NCBI GenBank assembly: GCA_022750055.1
Contig: JAKIWL010000002.1
Coordinates: 21,042 to 85,041, forward strand
Direction: 5' to 3'
From: Thermoplasmata archaeon
GTDB taxonomy: Archaea > Thermoplasmatota > Thermoplasmata > Lutacidiplasmatales > UBA184
DNA length: 64,000 bases
Shown here: piece after piece, positions 27,936-38,365 of the stretch
Layout of the letters: the number at the start of each line of letters is the position of its first letter
Numbering within the stretch: position 1 is the stretch's first letter
The notes under the pieces: model-generated
The model's database searches: none
The model's input: the letters and a program-made list of their open reading frames with translations, nothing else
What the model was told of the DNA's origin: nothing
Made by a program: the position numbers and the translations under genes

Positions 27936-28876
27936 TGCCCCCCACCGGCTCGCGCGACCTTGTGTCATCCGGTCTGGAGAGCGGAGCGGCCGGGTACCGG
28001 CAGCGGCTTCCGATGTGGATCCGTACTCGTCCCCCGACGGGGGAGCAGTACCCTCAGGTTCGTTCCATCCTTTCAGAACTGAAGCTCGGCACCGTCTGCC
28101 GGGAGGCCCGATGCCCGAACCTTTCGGAGTGCTGGTCCGCGGGGACCGCCACCCTCATGCTGCTCGGGACCGATTGCACGAGGCGGTGCACCTTCTGTGC
28201 CGTTACGACCCGCTCCCCTCATGGAGTGGTCGATGCGACCGAGCCCGATAGGGTCGCCGAGGCGGTGGCCCGATGGGGCCTGCGTTACGTCGTCCTGACC
28301 CAGGTCTGCCGGGACGACCTTTCGGATGGGGGAGCCGGTCATCTCGCCAAGACCGTTGGGGCGATCCGAGCGCGGACCCCGGGTACACGGGTCGAGCTCC
28401 TGATCGGCGACCTCGCCGGCCACGCCCGCTCGCTCGAGACGGTCTTGGCCGCGCGACCGGACGTCCTAGCGCACAACATCGAGACGGTGGAACGACTCTC
28501 CGCCGAGGTCCGGGACCGGCGCGCGGGCTACTCCCGATCCTTGGATCTGCTCGCCCGTGCGAAGACCGGCCCGTCCTCGGCCCCCGTTACCAAGAGCTCG
28601 GTCATGCTCGGACTGGGCGAGACCGAGGAGGAGCTGATCGAGACGTTCAAGGCCCTCCGGGGCGTGGGCGTCGACCTCCTGACCCTCGGACAGTACCTCC
28701 GTCCGAGCCCGGCACATCGCCCGGTGGACCGATTCGTGACTCCGGAGGAGTTCGCTCGATACCGAGTGGAGGCGCTCGACGCCGGATTCTCCGGGGTCGA
28801 GTCGGGCCCGCTGGTCCGTAGCTCCTACCACGCCTCGGACCTCTTTGAAGCGGCCGCGGGTAGAGCGGAGACCTGA
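27935..28876 (+). CDS. lipA: Lipoyl synthase
   Basis: CREARCPNLSEC (CX4CX5C), CTRRCTFC (radical SAM), HNIETV, LTLGQYLRP, GPLVRSSY. Confidence 0.96.
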   Translation: MPPTGSRDLVSSGLESGAAGYRQRLPMWIRTRPPTGEQYPQVRSILSELKLGTVCREARCPNLSECWSAGTATLMLLGTDCTRRCTFCAVTTRSPHGVVDATEPDRVAEAVARWGLRYVVLTQVCRDDLSDGGAGHLAKTVGAIRARTPGTRVELLIGDLAGHARSLETVLAARPDVLAHNIETVERLSAEVRDRRAGYSRSLDLLARAKTGPSSAPVTKSSVMLGLGETEEELIETFKALRGVGVDLLTLGQYLRPSPAHRPVDRFVTPEEFARYRVEALDAGFSGVESGPLVRSSYHASDLFEAAAGRAET

Positions 28877-28878
28877 GC

Positions 28879-29241
28879 ATGGCCAAGAAGGCGCGACGAA
28901 AGCTCGAAGAAGAGGAGGCGCACGAGGCGTTCCGGTTCCCAGACTTCGATGAGCGTGCGTTCCTGGCTCACGAATACGAACAAACCATCGCGACCGTGCT
29001 CGCGGTCCTGTTCGCCGTGGGTTTGGCCGCGATGGGCTGGGCGCTCGACCACACCGGGTTGACCGCGGCGGTCCCCTGGATCCTCGGGTTCGCCGGGGTA
29101 TTCGCAACCCCGTTCGTCATCCGCACCGTCCGCCCCCGGTCGGAGGAGTACACCAAGGGCGACTGGGCGTGGATCATCTTGACGACGTTCTTCGGATGGC
29201 TCGGGATCTGGTTCCTGCTCCTGAACCTGTTCCCTTCCTAG
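28879..29241 (+). CDS. Small three-TM membrane protein
   Basis: F.FPDFDERAFL.HE N-terminus and three hydrophobic helices, 2 nt after lipA. Confidence 0.75.
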   Translation: MAKKARRKLEEEEAHEAFRFPDFDERAFLAHEYEQTIATVLAVLFAVGLAAMGWALDHTGLTAAVPWILGFAGVFATPFVIRTVRPRSEEYTKGDWAWIILTTFFGWLGIWFLLLNLFPS

Positions 29242-30656
29242 TCCGGTGGAGCGCGAAGCCACGGCAGACGCCGGTCGAGCAGGTCGCCGAGTGCCGCGAG
29301 CAGTTCGGGACTGCTAGAAACGTCGGACAGGGGCCGGAGGGCGGTCGAGGGTCCGACTCCGTCCTTCAGGTCCTTTCCGATCGGGAGCCGGGAGAGTTCG
29401 GCCGTCAGTAAGGGCTCGATCCCGCGTTCGGCCCGCCGGGTGTCGACGGCCAGCTTTCCCGCCTCCGTGAGGTACGGGCCCTGAAGGACTGGGGCCGCTG
29501 GCGCGGTCCATTTCGCGAGGAACTCTGAACCCCGGTCGATGCCGGCCGGAGGACCCTCGTGAACTCGCACCTTCGGCAACTCGGCGTGGTCCACCTCGAC
29601 CAGTACGACCAGATGGGAGGGGCCGGCCCCCGACGCGCTGCCCAGGACGGTGTAGCCGAGCCGCGCCGAGGCTTCCGAAAGGGTCCGTTCGGCCTTGCGG
29701 AGCTGGGGATAGAGGATGTCATCGACGAGCTTGGGGCGCGGGAGCGTGAGGACGGTGACGTGGGTCCCGCGTTCCGCGAGCCGCTGACGCGAGCTCGCCA
29801 GCGTCAGGACCCGGCTCGGATGGACCTCGAAGAAGCGGGGGTCGGGTTCGGCCAGGTAGGCGGCCGACCCGAGGATGAGCAGTCCGAGGTTGCGCCAGGA
29901 CAGCGCGGTCGCGACATTGCGGTTCGGGTCGACCGGATCGTCCAGGATGAGCGCCACGTCCGCGGGAACCCGAGGCCGAGCGGCCGGGTCGGTCGGCAGA
30001 TGGACCGGGATCCGCCAGTGCTCGGCTTGACGAAGCAGGGCTCGCAGCGACCCGAATCGTACCACGAGCAGCTCAACGAGGTATCCGGAGAACCCGCCGG
30101 TTCGGGCCTCCGAGCCGTAGGCACCGAGAGCCCGCAGGAACTGCTTGGCGAGCCGTATCTCCCCGACGAGAGCCGGGGTGGAGCGGGCTTGGAGGTACCG
30201 TTGGTGGAACGGGGTCCGGTCGACCGCGCTCAACGGGTGAGATGGGTCGTCGATCGCGTACCCGGGAACCGCGTCGACGGCGAACCTCTCGAAGGTGCCT
30301 CGCAGGTAGGGATGCTCGGCGTAGCGAGTCTCTGGCGCTTCCAACAGCTCCCTGGCGATCGCCATCCCCTCGCGCTCGAGCCCTTCCCGGTCGAGCGACG
30401 GTGGGAACAGCATGAAAAAATCGATGTCCAACCGATCGACGAGGAAGGTTCCCCGGGCCGCGCTTCCGGCCACGAGGCAACGCACCATCGGCGAGTGCCG
30501 TCTGCCGGCCGCCTCCGAGGCTCGCGCGACAAGATCGGCGCCCGCCTTGGAGACCCGAGCGAGGAGGGCAGGGTCGGGGGAGATACGGGCGAGGGCCGCC
30601 CGTTCGATCGGTTCGGCCTTCCGGTCGCCGTCGACGGAGTCGTCGGAGCCCGTCAT
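29238..30656 (-). CDS. cca: Class I CCA-adding enzyme
   Basis: GSAARGTFL...DIDFF, YAEHPY, DAVP, SAVDRTPFH, YGSE..TGGFSGYLVELL, DPVDPNRNVA. Start set at ATG 30656. Confidence 0.95.
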   Translation of the reverse strand: MTGSDDSVDGDRKAEPIERAALARISPDPALLARVSKAGADLVARASEAAGRRHSPMVRCLVAGSAARGTFLVDRLDIDFFMLFPPSLDREGLEREGMAIARELLEAPETRYAEHPYLRGTFERFAVDAVPGYAIDDPSHPLSAVDRTPFHQRYLQARSTPALVGEIRLAKQFLRALGAYGSEARTGGFSGYLVELLVVRFGSLRALLRQAEHWRIPVHLPTDPAARPRVPADVALILDDPVDPNRNVATALSWRNLGLLILGSAAYLAEPDPRFFEVHPSRVLTLASSRQRLAERGTHVTVLTLPRPKLVDDILYPQLRKAERTLSEASARLGYTVLGSASGAGPSHLVVLVEVDHAELPKVRVHEGPPAGIDRGSEFLAKWTAPAAPVLQGPYLTEAGKLAVDTRRAERGIEPLLTAELSRLPIGKDLKDGVGPSTALRPLSDVSSSPELLAALGDLLDRRLPWLRAPPD

Positions 30657-30785
30657 CGAGTTCCGGACGGCGGCTAGGAATTGAAACCTTCCCTGGGGAG
30701 AGAGGACCCCCTGCGGAACTGCCCGAGGCCGCCGGCGAGGAGTTATGCTCGGCGGCTCGCTAACGGTATCGGGGTAGGTAGATCG

Positions 30786-31850
30786 ATGGAAGCGGCCCAT
30801 CATCCGGCCATCCTCGGGGAGTCGGTCGGGGGCGGCAAGGTGCGCTGCACGGCGTGCGCGCGCTACTGCGTCATCCCGTTGGGGTCCCACGGATTCTGTT
30901 TCGTCAGGAAGAACGAGGCCGGACAGTTGGTCCTGTTGACCTACGGCCGGGCCGCCGCGACCCAGGTCGACCCGGTAGAGAAGAAGCCGCTTTCTCACTT
31001 CCACCCGGGCTCTCGGGTCCTGTCGATCGGGACGGTGGGATGCAACTGGCGATGCCAGTACTGCCAGAACGCCGAGATCTCCCAGGAGCACGTCGTGAGG
31101 GGTCGCGCGCTCTCCCCGGTCGATGCGGTCCGGATGGCCGAACGATTCGATTGCCAAGGGATGACGTTCACGTACAACGAGCCGACGATCTTCATCGAAT
31201 ACGCGCTCGACGTGATCCGACAGGCCCACGAGCACGGGCTCTTCGCGAATTTCGTCACGAACGGTTACATGACGCCGGAAGCCGTCTCGTTGATCGGGAG
31301 CGAGCTGGACGCCGTGAGCGTCGATTTCAAGGGGAGCGGGGAGGAGTCGTTCATGCGGAAGTACATCTCCGCGAAGGGTCCCGCTCCGATCCTCGAGACG
31401 ATGGAGGGCTTGCAAGCGCGGGGGGCCCATGTCGAGGTGACGGACCTGATCGTCCCGGAGGTGGGGGACGACCCGGAGGCGCTGCGCCGCTTGGTCCGCG
31501 TGGTCCGGGACCGGCTCGGGGCCGAGACCCCTTTCCACCTGTTGCGATGGCACCCGGACTACAAGATGATGGACCTGCCCGAAACCCCGATCCCGACGCT
31601 GGAACGGCTGCACGCGATCGCCAAGGCCGAGGGGCTACGGTACGTCTACCTCGGGAACGTCTGGGGTCACCCCCTGGAGCACACGTACTGTCCCGAGTGT
31701 GGTGCAAGGGCGGTGGAGCGATTCGGTTTCACGATCCAGAGATGGAACCTCGACTCAGACAACCGGTGCCGCGCCTGCGGAAACCGGATTCCCATCGTCG
31801 GGAGGCTGGCATCGAACTACATCCCGACGTTCGCCCAAGCGGTCGGGTGA
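30786..31850 (+). CDS. amrS: AmmeMemoRadiSam-system radical SAM enzyme
   Basis: CTACARYC...GFCFVRKN, DPVEKKPL.HF.PG, GCNWRCQYCQN.EISQ, TYNEPT, YVYLGNV, TYCP.C. Confidence 0.9.
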   Translation: MEAAHHPAILGESVGGGKVRCTACARYCVIPLGSHGFCFVRKNEAGQLVLLTYGRAAATQVDPVEKKPLSHFHPGSRVLSIGTVGCNWRCQYCQNAEISQEHVVRGRALSPVDAVRMAERFDCQGMTFTYNEPTIFIEYALDVIRQAHEHGLFANFVTNGYMTPEAVSLIGSELDAVSVDFKGSGEESFMRKYISAKGPAPILETMEGLQARGAHVEVTDLIVPEVGDDPEALRRLVRVVRDRLGAETPFHLLRWHPDYKMMDLPETPIPTLERLHAIAKAEGLRYVYLGNVWGHPLEHTYCPECGARAVERFGFTIQRWNLDSDNRCRACGNRIPIVGRLASNYIPTFAQAVG

Positions 31851-31922
31851 GGAAACCACCCCCTCCGGTCCCACCCGCCGTCCCGTCACCATTATCCACA
31901 TCCCGGCTACCCGACGGTTGGC

Positions 31923-34900
31923 ATGCTCTCCTCGCACTCCGGAAGACGCGTACCTGCCGGAGCGCGCCGCCTTCGCACTCGGTTCGGGCCGGCGGTCGTC
32001 GCGCTGCTTCTTGCCATACCCGCGGGCGGGTGGCTCGTCGGTTCAATGAACCGATTGGCCGCACCCGGCTCCACCGCGCCCGTCGCCCCCTTGGGCCTGG
32101 TAGTGGGTTCCCATGGTCCTTCGCCGCATTCACTTGCGTCGCCGGTTCCGACCGGTTCCAGCGACCTGCGCTCTTCCTCCTCGACCCACCCGCTCATCCT
32201 CACCGCATCCACCGTGGACCTCGTCGGGAACCGGGTCCTGACCGGAACCTCTGCGGTACGATATGCGAATCAGGTCGACGGGATCGCCTACGATGCGTCC
32301 CAGAACTTGGTGTTCGTCGCGGGGGCCAGTTCGAATTCGGTGATCGGGGTGGACCCTTCGACGGGAGCGACCCAGACCGTGGCGGGTCCCCTGATCACCG
32401 GAAATGCGACGGCCCTGAATCCCTCACCGGCCGGCCTCGCCTATGACTCGGTCGACCACCAGCTGTTCGCTTCCGACCCGGCCCTCGACCGGGTCGAGAT
32501 CTTCAACGTCTCCACCACCGGCCCTTCGTTCTCGTTCTTCCAGTCGCTGCAACTGGCCGTCGGGTCCCACCCGGAGGGACTCCTGTGGCTCTCGTCTCCC
32601 GACGCGGTGTTCGTCGCCGACGAAGGGACTGACGCGGTGACCTCCATCAGTGGGGCAACCGACACCTTCCTCGGAAACGTCACGGTCGGGGGCGGCCCGG
32701 TGTCGATGACGTACGACCCGACGCAGGGATACGTCTACGTCGCCGACTCGGCAACGGCCGACATGTCGTGGTTCCTCCCGAGCACCCTCGTAGAGGGCAC
32801 GTCGACCTTCCCGGTCAAGAACAACCCAACCCAGATCGCCCTCGACCCATCCGATGACACGATCTGGGTGGCGACGGCGTCGTATATCACGGTCATCAAC
32901 AGCGCGACCCGGGCCTCCTCCTTCAACTTGACGTTCCCCGCATCGACGCGGATCTCTGGTCTCCTCTGGGATCCCCTCCTTGGAGAGATCGTGGCGGCCA
33001 ACGTACCGGCCAACACGCTCTCGTTTTTCAACAACTCCGGAGGGATCACGGGTAACGTCAGCACCGGTGGCGCCCCGTCGGCGATGGTGGAGAACTCGGT
33101 GCTCCAAGAGGTCGACCTGATCGACCCTGCGTCCAACAACCTGATCCGGGTCTCGGACCTCTCCGAGACCGTCGTCGGGACCGTTCTGGTCGGCGTGTCG
33201 CCCGGTCTCTCCGCCTTCGACCCGGTGACCGACCGGCTCGTCGTGCCCGACACCACCTCGGACCGGGTCGTCGAGGTGAACGTTCGGGCGGTCGCCCCGG
33301 GGGATGCGCCCCGCGTCCGATCCCTGTTCGTGCCGGGGCACCCGGTCGCGGCCACATTCGACCCGATCGCGGCGTCGATCGTTGTCGCGCTGGTGGGAGG
33401 GACGGTCGTCGCCCTGAACTCGACCTCGGGGGCGGTGCTGCGGACGACGAACCTGGGGACCTCCTACACCCTGTACGATACCCTCTACGCGAACCACCAG
33501 GTCTTCGTGACCGGCGGCACCAATCTCTTGTGGTCCCTTGACCCGAAGACCCTGGCGGCTTCGGCCACGATTCAGATCACCTCGCTCGCCTCCTCCCCCC
33601 GACTCATGGCCTATTCACCGGCCACCCAGCTACTCTATGTCACCCTCGCCCTCACGGGCAAGGTCGCGGTTGTGAACACGTCGACCGACCTCGTGATTAC
33701 CGCCTTCCCCGCGGGAGCGAATCCGTACGGGATCGCCCTCGACACCTCCAACGGGGACCTCTTCGTGGCGGACTCGGGCGCGAACGCGGTCAATGTGATC
33801 GACCCTCGGACCGGGACTTCCCTAGCCCTGCTGACCGTCGGCACGGCCCCATCGGCACTCCTGTATGTGGCCAGCGCGCAGGAGGTCTACGTGTCGGACA
33901 CCCGGTCGAACACGGTCACCGTGTTGAACGCGAACTCCTACGCCGTCGTCGCCGTCGTGGCCGTCGGGGAGTATCCGACCGGCCTCGCCCTTTCGAACGT
34001 CTCCGGGGATGTGTTCGTTTCAGACGTCCCGGACTCTGCACTCTCGGTGATCCCCGCGACGACCCCCGGGGGGGTCCCATTCAGCGCGCGCCTGAGCGTG
34101 GCGCCCGTCCGGACCGACGTGGGAACAACGGTGGTCTATACGACGAGCGCCTCGTACCCCGCTTGGGACTTCTCCTACCAGTACGGCGCACTACCGGCAG
34201 GGTGCGTGAGCGCGAACGCTTCGGTCTTGCGCTGCACTACCTCCGGGTCGGCGGGAGGGGTGAACGCTACGGTCCTCCTCACGAGTGCAGGAGGAGACAC
34301 GGCGAGCGCAACGACCCCGCTCACGCTGATCCCGGGCGTTTCCATCGCATCCTTCACGACGTCTCGGGCCATTGTCACCTTAGGCATCCCGATCACGTTT
34401 GCGATCGTGGCCGTCGGCGGTTCGCCCCCCTACACCTATTCCTATCCGGCTTTGCCCCCCGGCTGCCCGGCCGTCACCACCGCGCAGTTCACCTGCACGC
34501 CGAGGTCCACGGGCCAGTACACCTCAGAAGTGCTCGTGGTCGACCAGTCCCGCCTTCCGGCAACCTCCTCCGTGACCATCACGGTGAACCCCCTCTTGGT
34601 GTCGAACCCGAGCGTCTCCCCGGCGACGATCGTGCTGGGCCAAACCGCCACGATCCTGGCCAACGTCTCGCAGGGGACCACGCCGTACTTGATCTCATAC
34701 TCGAACCTGCCCCCGGGTTGCCAGACGAAGAACCTGAGCTCCCTTCCATGCGAACCGACCGGCACGGGGAATTTCTCGATCACGCTGCGCATCGTCGACT
34801 CGAGCGGCGCTCCGGCGACCCGCACCGTCAACCTCCTCGTGGTTGCGCCAGCGGCGGCCTCCCACGGGCCCCCTGTGACCGTCTATGCGATCCTCGCGGC

Positions 34901-35273
34901 CGGTGTCGTCGTCGCAATCGTGGCGGTGGTCCTCTACCTCCTCCGTCGGTCGCCTAAGCGCTCCCTAGGACCCGAGGAGGAGGCTTCGTCCGATCCAGGG
35001 CCCGCCCCGGAGACCTATTCCACCACGTCGCGCTCCATCCCACGCCTCCCGGTCTTTCCCGCGGAGGCGCCGGGGCCCGAACCTGCGGTCGGCGCGCCGC
35101 GCTACTTCAGCCCGTCTGCCGAGGAGGCCGCGGAGGTCGCCCCACCGGCTTCCGCCCCCGCCGCGCCATCCGGCGGCCCGCGGGCCAACATCGTCTGCCG
35201 GAACTGCGGAGCGGTCAACGAGGCGTGGATCACCCACTGCCGCTCGTGCAAGCGTCCTCTCCAGTTCACGTAG
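31923..35273 (+). CDS. YVTN/YncE-type beta-propeller surface protein with Cys-paired Ig-like repeats, a TM and a cytoplasmic Zn ribbon
   Basis: Repeated VG..P..IA.D.....LFVAD....V.VI blades. Three Y..LP.GC...C units. TM followed by RRSPKR. C-terminal CRNC...CRSC. Confidence 0.82.
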   Translation: MLSSHSGRRVPAGARRLRTRFGPAVVALLLAIPAGGWLVGSMNRLAAPGSTAPVAPLGLVVGSHGPSPHSLASPVPTGSSDLRSSSSTHPLILTASTVDLVGNRVLTGTSAVRYANQVDGIAYDASQNLVFVAGASSNSVIGVDPSTGATQTVAGPLITGNATALNPSPAGLAYDSVDHQLFASDPALDRVEIFNVSTTGPSFSFFQSLQLAVGSHPEGLLWLSSPDAVFVADEGTDAVTSISGATDTFLGNVTVGGGPVSMTYDPTQGYVYVADSATADMSWFLPSTLVEGTSTFPVKNNPTQIALDPSDDTIWVATASYITVINSATRASSFNLTFPASTRISGLLWDPLLGEIVAANVPANTLSFFNNSGGITGNVSTGGAPSAMVENSVLQEVDLIDPASNNLIRVSDLSETVVGTVLVGVSPGLSAFDPVTDRLVVPDTTSDRVVEVNVRAVAPGDAPRVRSLFVPGHPVAATFDPIAASIVVALVGGTVVALNSTSGAVLRTTNLGTSYTLYDTLYANHQVFVTGGTNLLWSLDPKTLAASATIQITSLASSPRLMAYSPATQLLYVTLALTGKVAVVNTSTDLVITAFPAGANPYGIALDTSNGDLFVADSGANAVNVIDPRTGTSLALLTVGTAPSALLYVASAQEVYVSDTRSNTVTVLNANSYAVVAVVAVGEYPTGLALSNVSGDVFVSDVPDSALSVIPATTPGGVPFSARLSVAPVRTDVGTTVVYTTSASYPAWDFSYQYGALPAGCVSANASVLRCTTSGSAGGVNATVLLTSAGGDTASATTPLTLIPGVSIASFTTSRAIVTLGIPITFAIVAVGGSPPYTYSYPALPPGCPAVTTAQFTCTPRSTGQYTSEVLVVDQSRLPATSSVTITVNPLLVSNPSVSPATIVLGQTATILANVSQGTTPYLISYSNLPPGCQTKNLSSLPCEPTGTGNFSITLRIVDSSGAPATRTVNLLVVAPAAASHGPPVTVYAILAAGVVVAIVAVVLYLLRRSPKRSLGPEEEASSDPGPAPETYSTTSRSIPRLPVFPAEAPGPEPAVGAPRYFSPSAEEAAEVAPPASAPAAPSGGPRANIVCRNCGAVNEAWITHCRSCKRPLQFT

Positions 35274-35448
35274 TCGCACGACCGGCTGTGGGGGCCGCCC
35301 TCGAACTCGAGCCCGCCCAAGCCGGCTTCGACCCGATCGCCCCATTCACCGACCGTCCACGGTTCGCTAGCACGCGGGGGCCGGCCCCTCGCTCCCGTGA
35401 AAACGACCGCAAGAGCAAGGTTTTTGCTGTCCGTTACGTCCCCTGGAG

Positions 35449-36297
35449 ATGGTGGTCGGGAACTTCATCACCCGGCTCGACCGGATCGTTCGGACCCGGG
35501 ACTCGTTATTATGCGTCGGTCTCGACCCGGACCCCCGCCAGATGCCCGCGTCGTTGTCGGGCTCCGGGGAACCCGCCCAGTTGACGCGCTTCCTCGACGG
35601 GATCATCCGGACGACCGCGCCCCACGCGGCCGCGTTCAAGTGCCAGCTCGGCTCCTACCTCGCCTTCGGCTCAGCGGGTCTTGCGCAACTGGGACGTTTG
35701 ACGAAGCGGATTGGCCCAGGTCACCTTCGGATCCTCGACCTGAAGGCGAACGATATCCCGAACACGATGCGTCTCATCCGGGACGGGGCCTTCGGGGCGC
35801 TCGGCTTCGATGCGGTCACGGTCACCCCGTGGCTCGGCTGGGAGACCCTCGAGCCGTTCGCAGAGGATCCCGAGCACGGCATCTTCGTGGTCGCCCACTC
35901 CACTAACCCAGGGGCCCCGGATTTTCAGGAGATCCCGACCCCTCGGGGTCCCCTGTGGCTCGCCGTCGTTGCCGAGGTGGGGCGGATCGCCCGGGCGCAT
36001 GGCAACGCGGGCGTCGTGGTCGGGGCCACGTACTCCGAGCTCCTTCGGGCGAGTCGCGAGCGGCTCGGCGAGGCCGTTCCGATCCTCATCCCCGGAGTGG
36101 GCGCCCAGGGGGGCCGGCTCTCCACGTCGGTCCGGGAAGGGGTCGATGCGAACGGGCGCGCGCTCCTGGTGAACTCGTCGCGCTCCATCCTCTACGCCTC
36201 CACCGGTCCGGACTGGGCCGATGCGGCGGGCCTCGAGGCGCGGCGCCTGAAGGAACAGATCAACCAGCTTCGATCAGGGTTCCGTAAAGCCGAATGA
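35449..36297 (+). CDS. pyrF: Orotidine-5'-phosphate decarboxylase (subfamily 2)
   Basis: LCVGLDP, ILDLKANDIPNT, TNPGA.DFQ, GVVVGAT, LIPGVGAQGG, NSSRSILYA. Confidence 0.94.
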   Translation: MVVGNFITRLDRIVRTRDSLLCVGLDPDPRQMPASLSGSGEPAQLTRFLDGIIRTTAPHAAAFKCQLGSYLAFGSAGLAQLGRLTKRIGPGHLRILDLKANDIPNTMRLIRDGAFGALGFDAVTVTPWLGWETLEPFAEDPEHGIFVVAHSTNPGAPDFQEIPTPRGPLWLAVVAEVGRIARAHGNAGVVVGATYSELLRASRERLGEAVPILIPGVGAQGGRLSTSVREGVDANGRALLVNSSRSILYASTGPDWADAAGLEARRLKEQINQLRSGFRKAE

Positions 36298-37393
36298 GCG
36301 AGTCGACGACGGTCTGAACCCCGAAGCGTTCCTCGGCCCGGGCGCGGGCCGCCCGCCCCATGACCGCCCGCCGCGCCGGGTCGTCGAGCAGCTCTTCGAT
36401 CCGGGCGGCCAACTCCCCCAGAAGCATCGGGTCCGTGAGCAATCCCTGAACGCCCGGTTCGATGACCTCGCGGACCCCCGGCATGTCCGCGACCACCACG
36501 GGGATCCCTGAGGCCATCGCCTCGGCGACCGCGAGGCCGAACCCCTCGAGCCGGTTCTGGGAGGGGAACACGAACAGGTCGGCCGCACGAAAGAACTCCG
36601 GGAGCTCGTCGTCCCCGACGGCGGGACAGAACCGGACCCGCTCTTCGACGTTGAGCCGGCGGGCGACGGCCATCAGAGAATCGAGCTTGGGCCCGCGGCC
36701 CACCACGACGAGGGCGACATCCTCCGGGAGCCGTGCGAGAGCCCGGAGGATCTGGTCGACCCCTTTGTGAGGTACGAGGCGGCCCGTGAACAGGATCACC
36801 CGCCGTCCGGTGAGGCCGAGGCGGGCCCGGATCGCCTCTCCCGAGATGTCCGGACGGAATCGGTCGAGGTCGACGGCGGAAGGGATGATGTCGACGCGCC
36901 GACCCCGTAACGGCGTCGAGGTGTCGGCGTACGTCCGCGTGTGCGCGATGATCCGCTGGGCGCGTCGCAGGGTCGAGGGAAGCAACCACCCCTCGTACAG
37001 GGCGGTGAGCAACCGACCGACGGGTCCGGGTCGGTACAGGTCGCAGTGGTAGGTGAGACAGACCGGGGTCCGACGGCCGGCGAGCCCGCGGGCCGCGTAG
37101 TACGACGTGAGCGGGGGGGGATAGTGCAGGTGCACCACGTCGGCCTCGATGGTTCGGACCAGCCGACGGGTGCCCGGGTCGATCGGGGTGTCGAGCCAGA
37201 CCCCCAGGGTCCGGGCGCGAACGATGCGGTAGCCGGCGCGTTCCTCCTCGATGGGAAGGGAGCGGTCGTATCGGGAGGTAAGGACGGTCACCTCGTGGCC
37301 GCGCCGGACCAACTCCTCGGTGAGCCGGCGGACGTAGGCCTCGACCCCACCGGAATGAGGATCGTAGAATGGGGTGACCTGAAGGATCCTCAC
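36260..37393 (-). CDS. GT4 family glycosyltransferase
   Basis: GGVE, FTGRL..HKG, DLFVFPS...EGFGLAVAEAMASG.PVV. Confidence 0.92.
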   Translation of the reverse strand: MRILQVTPFYDPHSGGVEAYVRRLTEELVRRGHEVTVLTSRYDRSLPIEEERAGYRIVRARTLGVWLDTPIDPGTRRLVRTIEADVVHLHYPPPLTSYYAARGLAGRRTPVCLTYHCDLYRPGPVGRLLTALYEGWLLPSTLRRAQRIIAHTRTYADTSTPLRGRRVDIIPSAVDLDRFRPDISGEAIRARLGLTGRRVILFTGRLVPHKGVDQILRALARLPEDVALVVVGRGPKLDSLMAVARRLNVEERVRFCPAVGDDELPEFFRAADLFVFPSQNRLEGFGLAVAEAMASGIPVVVADMPGVREVIEPGVQGLLTDPMLLGELAARIEELLDDPARRAVMGRAARARAEERFGVQTVVDSLIRLYGTLIEAG

Positions 37394-37429
37394 GAACCGG
37401 GCGGCCTCCTCGCGTGCCGGTCGGGCGGC

Positions 37430-38365
37430 TCAGGCCCGGGGGGCGGCCTTGCGAGGTTCGGGGCGGGACTCGCGGGCCTGGAGCAGTTCCGTCGCCGGGA
37501 GGCTGGCCACGTCGAGCCCCCGCATCGGCTCCCCGAGTCCCTCGGAGACCCGGGCGAGGAGAGCCCAGTCCTCCGGATGGCTGGCCGCCTCGACGATCGC
37601 CTGCGCGACCCGGCTCGGTCTCTCCGCCTTGAAAATCCCACTCCCGACGAAGACGCCGTCCACACCGAGAAGTCGACACAGGGCGGCATCGGCGGGGGTC
37701 GCGATCCCGCCCGCCGCGAAATTCACCACGGGAAGCCGATGGAGCTGCTGGACCTCGAGCACGAGTGCCTCGGGCACCGCGGCCTCCTTCGCCCAGGCGT
37801 GAAGGGTCTTTCGGTCCATGTGTCCGAGCGCTTCGATGGCTTCGTTCACCTGCCGGATGTGCCGGACCGCCTCGACCACGTTCCCGGTGCCGGCCTCTCC
37901 CTTGGTCCGGATCATCGCCGCGCCCTCGTGGATGCGTCGCAAGGCCTCGCCGAGGTCCCGGGCGCCGCAGACGAACGGGACGCGGAACTGGCTCTTGTCC
38001 ACGTGCGAGAACGGGTCGGCGGGAGTGAGGACCTCCGACTCGTCGATCATGTCGACGTCCAGCGCCTCGAGGATGCGGGCCTCTGCCGTATGGCCGATCC
38101 GGCACTTGGCCATCACGGGGATGGAAACGTGTTCCTGGATCTCGCGGACCTTTCGGGGGTCCGCCATGCGGGCGACCCCGCCCGACGCTCGGATGTCGGC
38201 CGGGACCCGTTCGAGCGCCATGACCGCCACCGCCCCGGCTCCCTCGGCGATCTCGGCCTGCTCGGCGTTGGTCACGTCCATGATGACGCCGCCCTGCTGC
38301 ATACGCGCGAACCCGCGCTTGACGAGTTCGCTTCCGAATCGGAGCGATTCGACCGGATCGACCAT
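37430..38365 (-). CDS. pdxS: Pyridoxal 5'-phosphate synthase lyase subunit
   Basis: [61 protein letters not shown]. Start set at ATG 38365 because a TTTTAA box lies at 38392-38397 on the minus strand. Confidence 0.96.
   Translation of the reverse strand: MVDPVESLRFGSELVKRGFARMQQGGVIMDVTNAEQAEIAEGAGAVAVMALERVPADIRASGGVARMADPRKVREIQEHVSIPVMAKCRIGHTAEARILEALDVDMIDESEVLTPADPFSHVDKSQFRVPFVCGARDLGEALRRIHEGAAMIRTKGEAGTGNVVEAVRHIRQVNEAIEALGHMDRKTLHAWAKEAAVPEALVLEVQQLHRLPVVNFAAGGIATPADAALCRLLGVDGVFVGSGIFKAERPSRVAQAIVEAASHPEDWALLARVSEGLGEPMRGLDVASLPATELLQARESRPEPRKAAPRA

Noticed and set aside
30657-31613. N-terminal extension of cca in the 791-aa track ORF
   Set aside because: It is antisense to amrS. 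CCA-enzyme motifs begin only after Met 30656.
35274-35448. Possible pyrimidine attenuator or ncRNA upstream of pyrF
   Set aside because: Only short GC stems expected by chance, and no PyrR-type motif or terminator.
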